Origin: a bacterium
Lineage (GTDB): Bacteria > Hinthialibacterota > Hinthialibacteria > Hinthialibacterales > Hinthialibacteraceae
Assembly (NCBI GenBank): GCA_041946805.1
Contig: JBHGBC010000179.1
Span: 1-11,584, forward strand
Length of the DNA stretch: 11,584 bases
Reading direction: 5' to 3'
The notes below the pieces were generated by a model. The model searched no databases. It had not been told where the DNA came from and was given only the letters and a program-made list of their open reading frames with translations. The position numbers were made by a program, and so were the translations under genes. Below, piece by piece: positions 7,545 to 11,584 of this stretch (positions are counted from its first letter, which is position 1; each line of letters begins with the position of its first letter).

Positions 7545-9575
7545 ATGGAAACGCTGAATGCCTGGGCCGAAGTGTGGGCCGGGTTCATGTGGGATCGCAC
7601 CCTCGATTCCGCGCTGGCCTTGTTCCTGGTGGGGATGGTGTGGCTGGCGTTCCGGCGGCTTCTCCCGGCGCAATTCGGCTATTGCCTGTTTTTGTTGGTC
7701 TTGTTGAAATTGGTGCTGCCCAGCCAGTTTTCGCTTCCCAGTCTGATCGAGCAATGGATTCCGGGCCCCGAGCGCTGGGTCAGTTCCACCAGCGGGACGG
7801 GTGGCGGGTGGTGGTGGCTCATGGGGGAGGCGCAAGGGGAAGAAAGTCCCGCCGCCCAACCCAACGGCCTGGATCCGGCATCCTCCACCGGGCCGAAACC
7901 GGAGGCCGCGTTGACCGGCTTGAGCGTTCTGATGCTGATTTGGGTGGCGGCCGTGTTCCTGCTCCTGTTGCGGTATGCGTGGTGTCAATGGAGCACCCAC
8001 CGGCGGCTGCGCCTCACGAAACCGGTCAAGCTAAGTACGTTTCCGGTCGATCTCGAGGAACTGATTCGGATTTCCGGGGTGAAACGGCCCATCCGCTGGC
8101 GGGAAGCGCCATGGATCACTTCGCCCATCGTCGTGGGCCTCTTCCGGCCGGCCATCCTCTTGCCGGCGGATTTGAATAAACACTTCACCCGGAACCAGAT
8201 CAAATGGATTTTACTGCATGAGTTGGCCCACATCCGCCGGGGCGATTCCCTCATCCGCATCCTGCAAGGGCTGCTGCAAATCATTTTCTTCTTCAATCCG
8301 GTGGTTTACATCGCCAATCTGGCCATCGATCAGCAGCGCGAATTCGCCTGCGACGACAAGGCGTTGATCGGCGCCAAGGTATCCCGCAAGGATTGCGGGG
8401 AGGGGTTCCTGAACGCGGTGGTGAATACGAACGGCTTGCCCGCCTTCCTGCCCGCTTCCATCGGCTTGTTTATATCGAAAACGTACATTCAAAAACGGCT
8501 GCTGCGGATTCTGGACTCGAAACGTATCCTGCAATCCGGACTAACCTTCCGTGCGGGCCTTTTCCTGCTCCTCGTCATGATCCTGGTCCTGCCATTCGGG
8601 GGGAGAATGGCGATCGCCCAAATGGGCGCGTGGATCATGGCGGAAGACGATCCCACGAGCCGTCCTTCGCCCCGGGTGGTCCATGGCATGGCGTACGATT
8701 CCGTGCGGGGAGTCGTGGTGCTTCATGGCGGGGTATCAACCTTTATGACGCCCATCAAAGATACTTGGGAGTGGGATGGAGAGACCCAAATCTGGACGGA
8801 AGTATCGACCGAGGGTCCGGTTCTCTATGCGTTCGGGATGGCTTACGATCCCGGCCGGCGGGTGATGGTTCTGTCCGGGGGATCGCACGGACCAACCTAT
8901 CCGGACGCGGAGACCTGGGAGTGGGATGGCCTGGATTGGAAACAAGTAGCGGTGGAAGAACATCCGATCCTGGGTTGCGCCATGGCGTATCACCCCCTGC
9001 GGAAAACCATCATCCGTCATGGGGGATTCATCGATAACATGTACACAACCAGCGCCGAAACCCGTGAGTGGGATGGCAGACAATGGAAGCTGTTGCCGGA
9101 TGGGCCGCCGTTGGAGGGGCGGATGGTGTACGATTCCCGGCGGAACAGAATAGTGTTTTGGGGCGGCCTGGCCGGCCTCGGTTCTGTAGCCAACGAAACC
9201 TGGGAATTCGACGGGGAAGCCTGGATCCATGCGGCGGACACCGGGCCGGAAGGGCGATTAGCCCCGGGATTGGCGTTTGATTCGGAGCGGGAGGTGACGG
9301 TTCTCTTTGGGGGCGGCTTGACCACCGACTGCGGATTCAGCGAAAACCGTTCGTATAACGACATGTGGGAGTGGGATGGAAAGAAATGGACATTCATAAA
9401 CTATATAGATGGCCCCCCCGGTCAAAACCTTCATCTGCATATGGTGTACGATGTCAAAAACAATCATATTGTGTTATTCGGGGGAGCGGAGAATCCGGAT
9501 TCCTTCCGGCCGAACGATACCTGGCTCTTCCGTTTTGCCAGCGGCATTCTGAAAAATATCTGGTTGAATTACTAA
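7545..9575 (+). CDS. BlaR1/MecR1-type M56 metallopeptidase fused to a six-bladed Kelch-like beta-propeller
   Basis: N-terminal TMs, SPIVVGLFRPAILLP, zinc motif HELAH (8217-8231), FFFNP, REFACD, KRLLRI. C-terminal repeats MAYD...xTWEWDG (DTWEWDG, ETWEWDG, ETREWDG, ETWEFDG, DMWEWDG, DTWLF). Confidence 0.93.
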   Translation: METLNAWAEVWAGFMWDRTLDSALALFLVGMVWLAFRRLLPAQFGYCLFLLVLLKLVLPSQFSLPSLIEQWIPGPERWVSSTSGTGGGWWWLMGEAQGEESPAAQPNGLDPASSTGPKPEAALTGLSVLMLIWVAAVFLLLLRYAWCQWSTHRRLRLTKPVKLSTFPVDLEELIRISGVKRPIRWREAPWITSPIVVGLFRPAILLPADLNKHFTRNQIKWILLHELAHIRRGDSLIRILQGLLQIIFFFNPVVYIANLAIDQQREFACDDKALIGAKVSRKDCGEGFLNAVVNTNGLPAFLPASIGLFISKTYIQKRLLRILDSKRILQSGLTFRAGLFLLLVMILVLPFGGRMAIAQMGAWIMAEDDPTSRPSPRVVHGMAYDSVRGVVVLHGGVSTFMTPIKDTWEWDGETQIWTEVSTEGPVLYAFGMAYDPGRRVMVLSGGSHGPTYPDAETWEWDGLDWKQVAVEEHPILGCAMAYHPLRKTIIRHGGFIDNMYTTSAETREWDGRQWKLLPDGPPLEGRMVYDSRRNRIVFWGGLAGLGSVANETWEFDGEAWIHAADTGPEGRLAPGLAFDSEREVTVLFGGGLTTDCGFSENRSYNDMWEWDGKKWTFINYIDGPPGQNLHLHMVYDVKNNHIVLFGGAENPDSFRPNDTWLFRFASGILKNIWLNY

Positions 9576-10066
9576 AGTAATTCAAAAATATCAATCCCAT
9601 GAGAAAGGAATTGACAATTTTTATCAGATCAGTAAACAGATCCAAATAAGGGATCGCCTTTTCAGAGGGATTCTGTATTTCCACCTGCCTCTGCCTTCCT
9701 GATGTCCCGCGGCTACGACTTTTCGACCTTTTCTTGTAGATGGCAAACGCCATGATCTGATACAAAATTCATACACCTAAATATTCAATTTCCGAGCAGT
9801 ATATAACGGAATTCCGGGAACCCGGGTGACTGATTGAAAGAGAAATGACGAAACTGGCGGTTTTTGCTCGAAGGACTGCCAGAATCGAGGTGATTTCTCT
9901 CAGGGGAACGTGTTTGCGTTTCTGCCATGGGATTGGCCTGTATTTCAAGGTTTTTGTGGTTTTGAAAGGAGGCGGTTCATGGAAATGCATGAAGGTCATA
10001 CGCGAGAATGGAAGTACAAAGATTGGATAGGGATGTAAGCCAAACTCACGCAAAGGAGTCAGTACC

Positions 10067-11092
10067 ATGAGAAAGACGGGGATGTGCATACTTGTTTCGA
10101 TGACTGTCATTCTCGGATTGGCGTTGGGCGCATGGGCACAGCCCACCGCCGAGCGCTCGTTTCATGAGAACACCTACACGCCGGAGGCGCCGGTATATGT
10201 GTATCTCACTATATCCAGCGATGCCGGGGCCATCGGGTCCACAACCGTAACCGAGAAACCGCCCGCGGGATGGTTGATCGTCAAAGGTTCCCCTTTTAAT
10301 CCAACCGTAAAGGAAGGCGAGATTGCCTGGAATTTAAGTTCGAGATCGGAGATCACATTGAGACTCTTCTACGAAGTGATCCCTCCCAGCGCCGCCACGG
10401 GGGACGCGGTTTTTTCAGGGAAGGCAGGTGACCGGGAGGTGGGTGGTACGGCTACCCTGGCACGAGTCGAACCCAAACCGATCGGAATCTTCCAGAACCA
10501 TCTCGATACACCGGAAACGGATCTGAGTTGGCCGGCCACGTCTGGTGATGCTACCTACAACAGCCAGACGGGAGAGTATAAAGTCACCGCTGGTGGGACC
10601 GGCAAATTTCTTAGTGAAACTGGTCATAGTGTATATACCAGGATGAGTGGCAACCTGAGTATCCAGGCCAAGATTCGGGTTGAAAGCACGAGTACTGAGT
10701 TATTGGCGGGATTTTTGGATATCAATGAACGTTTGGATCATGCCTACCTTCCAGACTCTCTATATGCCGCCTTTGTTACTAACCTCGGATGCAGGGCCTT
10801 TTGGCGCAATTCGCAAGGCCAGAGAAAGGCGGAGGAATTTGTCGATCCCAGCGCTCATGACGGCCAAGTCATGATTGTAAGAGAGGGCAACACGTGTAGC
10901 ATGTATTACTTTAATATCCAAACCCAGACATGGACCTTAAATGACACTCGGATTCTCGAATTAACAGATCCGGTCATTGTTAATATTACTGCTTTCTCGG
11001 GAGATCCCAGTGTACCCGCCACGGCCTATTTCACCGAAGTGGAAATAAAACAGCTGGCATCATCCGCCGACGACTGGGAATTGTACCGATGA
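10067..11092 (+). CDS. Secreted hypothetical protein: Ig-like domain + ConA-like beta-sandwich, C-terminal W-x-L-Y tail
   Basis: AAAGGAG RBS; signal peptide MRKTGMCILVSMTVILGLALGAWA|QP. Both domains resemble the kinase N-terminal region. Ends ASSADDWELYR. Fold names are inferred. Confidence 0.85.
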   Translation: MRKTGMCILVSMTVILGLALGAWAQPTAERSFHENTYTPEAPVYVYLTISSDAGAIGSTTVTEKPPAGWLIVKGSPFNPTVKEGEIAWNLSSRSEITLRLFYEVIPPSAATGDAVFSGKAGDREVGGTATLARVEPKPIGIFQNHLDTPETDLSWPATSGDATYNSQTGEYKVTAGGTGKFLSETGHSVYTRMSGNLSIQAKIRVESTSTELLAGFLDINERLDHAYLPDSLYAAFVTNLGCRAFWRNSQGQRKAEEFVDPSAHDGQVMIVREGNTCSMYYFNIQTQTWTLNDTRILELTDPVIVNITAFSGDPSVPATAYFTEVEIKQLASSADDWELYR

Positions 11093-11100
11093 GAAAGACG

Positions 11101-11188
11101 CTTGGGCGCCCGGGATGCCGCTGCTTTGCTCACTGGATTCCACATGTCTCAAAGACAGTAATGAGACCATCTTGGCGCCCAGGATGTC
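11101..11188. repeat. Pair of short GC-rich palindromic (REP-like) repeats in an intergenic region
   Basis: CTTGGGCGCCCGGGATG (11101-11117) and CTTGGCGCCCAGGATG (11171-11186); hairpin CATCTTGG-CGC-CCAGGATG (11168-11186). Confidence 0.35.
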
Positions 11189-11209
11189 ATTCTCAAAGGA
11201 GGAGGCATC

Positions 11210-11542
11210 ATGTTTTATCTAACTCTTCGACTATTATTCGTAAGCATTCTAATTTCCACAATCATTATTCCATTATCCGCCTTGGAATTGCCGCTAAGTG
11301 GTCCATCGGGGGAGATGATTCTGGGATTGGGAGAATTAAGGGCCGAGGCCTATTCACCGGACGGCAAATACATAGCCTCAGCCGGTTCGCCGCTGGGGCC
11401 TTTTCTCTGGGATGCGGAGACAGGTCAGCGAGTCCGCATCTTCTCAGGAGACAGGATTGGTGAATCCCTGTGCATGGTGTTTTCACCGGACGGGTCAAAA
11501 GTATTGACGGGAGGTGGAAGGGATCTATTGAGACTATCATAA
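11210..11542 (+). pseudogene. Secreted WD40-repeat protein, 3'-truncated by the IS-like end
   Basis: AAGGAGGAGG RBS; signal peptide ...IIIPLSA|LE; WD40 repeats AYSPDGKYIASAG...LWDAETGQRVRIF and VFSPDGSKVLTGG. The last codons (LRLS*) come from the repeat at 11526+. Confidence 0.88.
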
Positions 11543-11584
11543 ATTACTCAACATGCGCTATACTATAAGAAACCTTATCCGGAG
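11526..11584 (+). mobile_element. Terminal inverted repeat copy 2; same IS-like end
   Basis: Exact reverse complement of 1-59. Contains a -10-like TATACT (11559-11564) and ends in GGAG (RBS-like), suggesting an IS left end reading outward. Confidence 0.8.

Noticed and set aside
8690..9530. Recurring TGGGAGTGGGATGG DNA repeats as a possible array or DGR
   Set aside because: They encode the WEWDG motif of the propeller blades in frame; no reverse transcriptase or adenine-specific variation is visible.
7155..9575. Beta-lactam resistance locus (blaI/blaR1)
   Set aside because: The sensor domain is a propeller rather than a penicillin-binding domain, and no blaZ/mecA is present, so gene symbols are withheld.
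9769..10146. ORFs 9769-10146 (-) and 9845-10030 (+)
   Set aside because: No recognisable domain or strong RBS; the first overlaps the start of the 10067 gene.
11520..11540. ATTGAGAC resembling a CRISPR repeat 3' end
   Set aside because: The conserved sequence lies downstream of the motif, there are only two inverted copies, and there is no repeat-spacer periodicity or cas gene.
1..11584. Linear plasmid or phage genome with terminal inverted repeats
   Set aside because: No replication, terminal-protein or virion genes, and both repeats cut ordinary genes mid-domain. IS ends at contig breaks explain it better.

Overview
An 11.6-kb bacterial segment, probably a whole contig, bounded by a perfect 59-bp terminal inverted repeat (1-59 / 11526-11584). 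The repeat looks like the same end of an IS element, and each copy cuts into a gene. The intact genes all read on the + strand: a 5'-truncated large sensor kinase (beta-sandwich + Ig-like + beta-propeller + Y_Y_Y + TM + HisKA_3/HATPase), a NarL/LuxR response regulator, a stand-alone receiver protein, a secreted CBM9-like protein, a BlaI/CopY repressor with a BlaR1-type M56 protease fused to a six-bladed Kelch-like propeller, a secreted two-domain protein and a 3'-truncated secreted WD40 protein. A decayed IS66 right end lies on the - strand. The most interesting observation is that three unrelated exported proteins share a C-terminal W-x-[LN]-Y tail, a candidate uncharacterised sorting signal. 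In addition, the BlaR1-like sensor domain has an internal signal-peptidase-like site, and the kinase shares two ectodomains with the stand-alone secreted protein. All family assignments are by eye from motifs; no searches were run.
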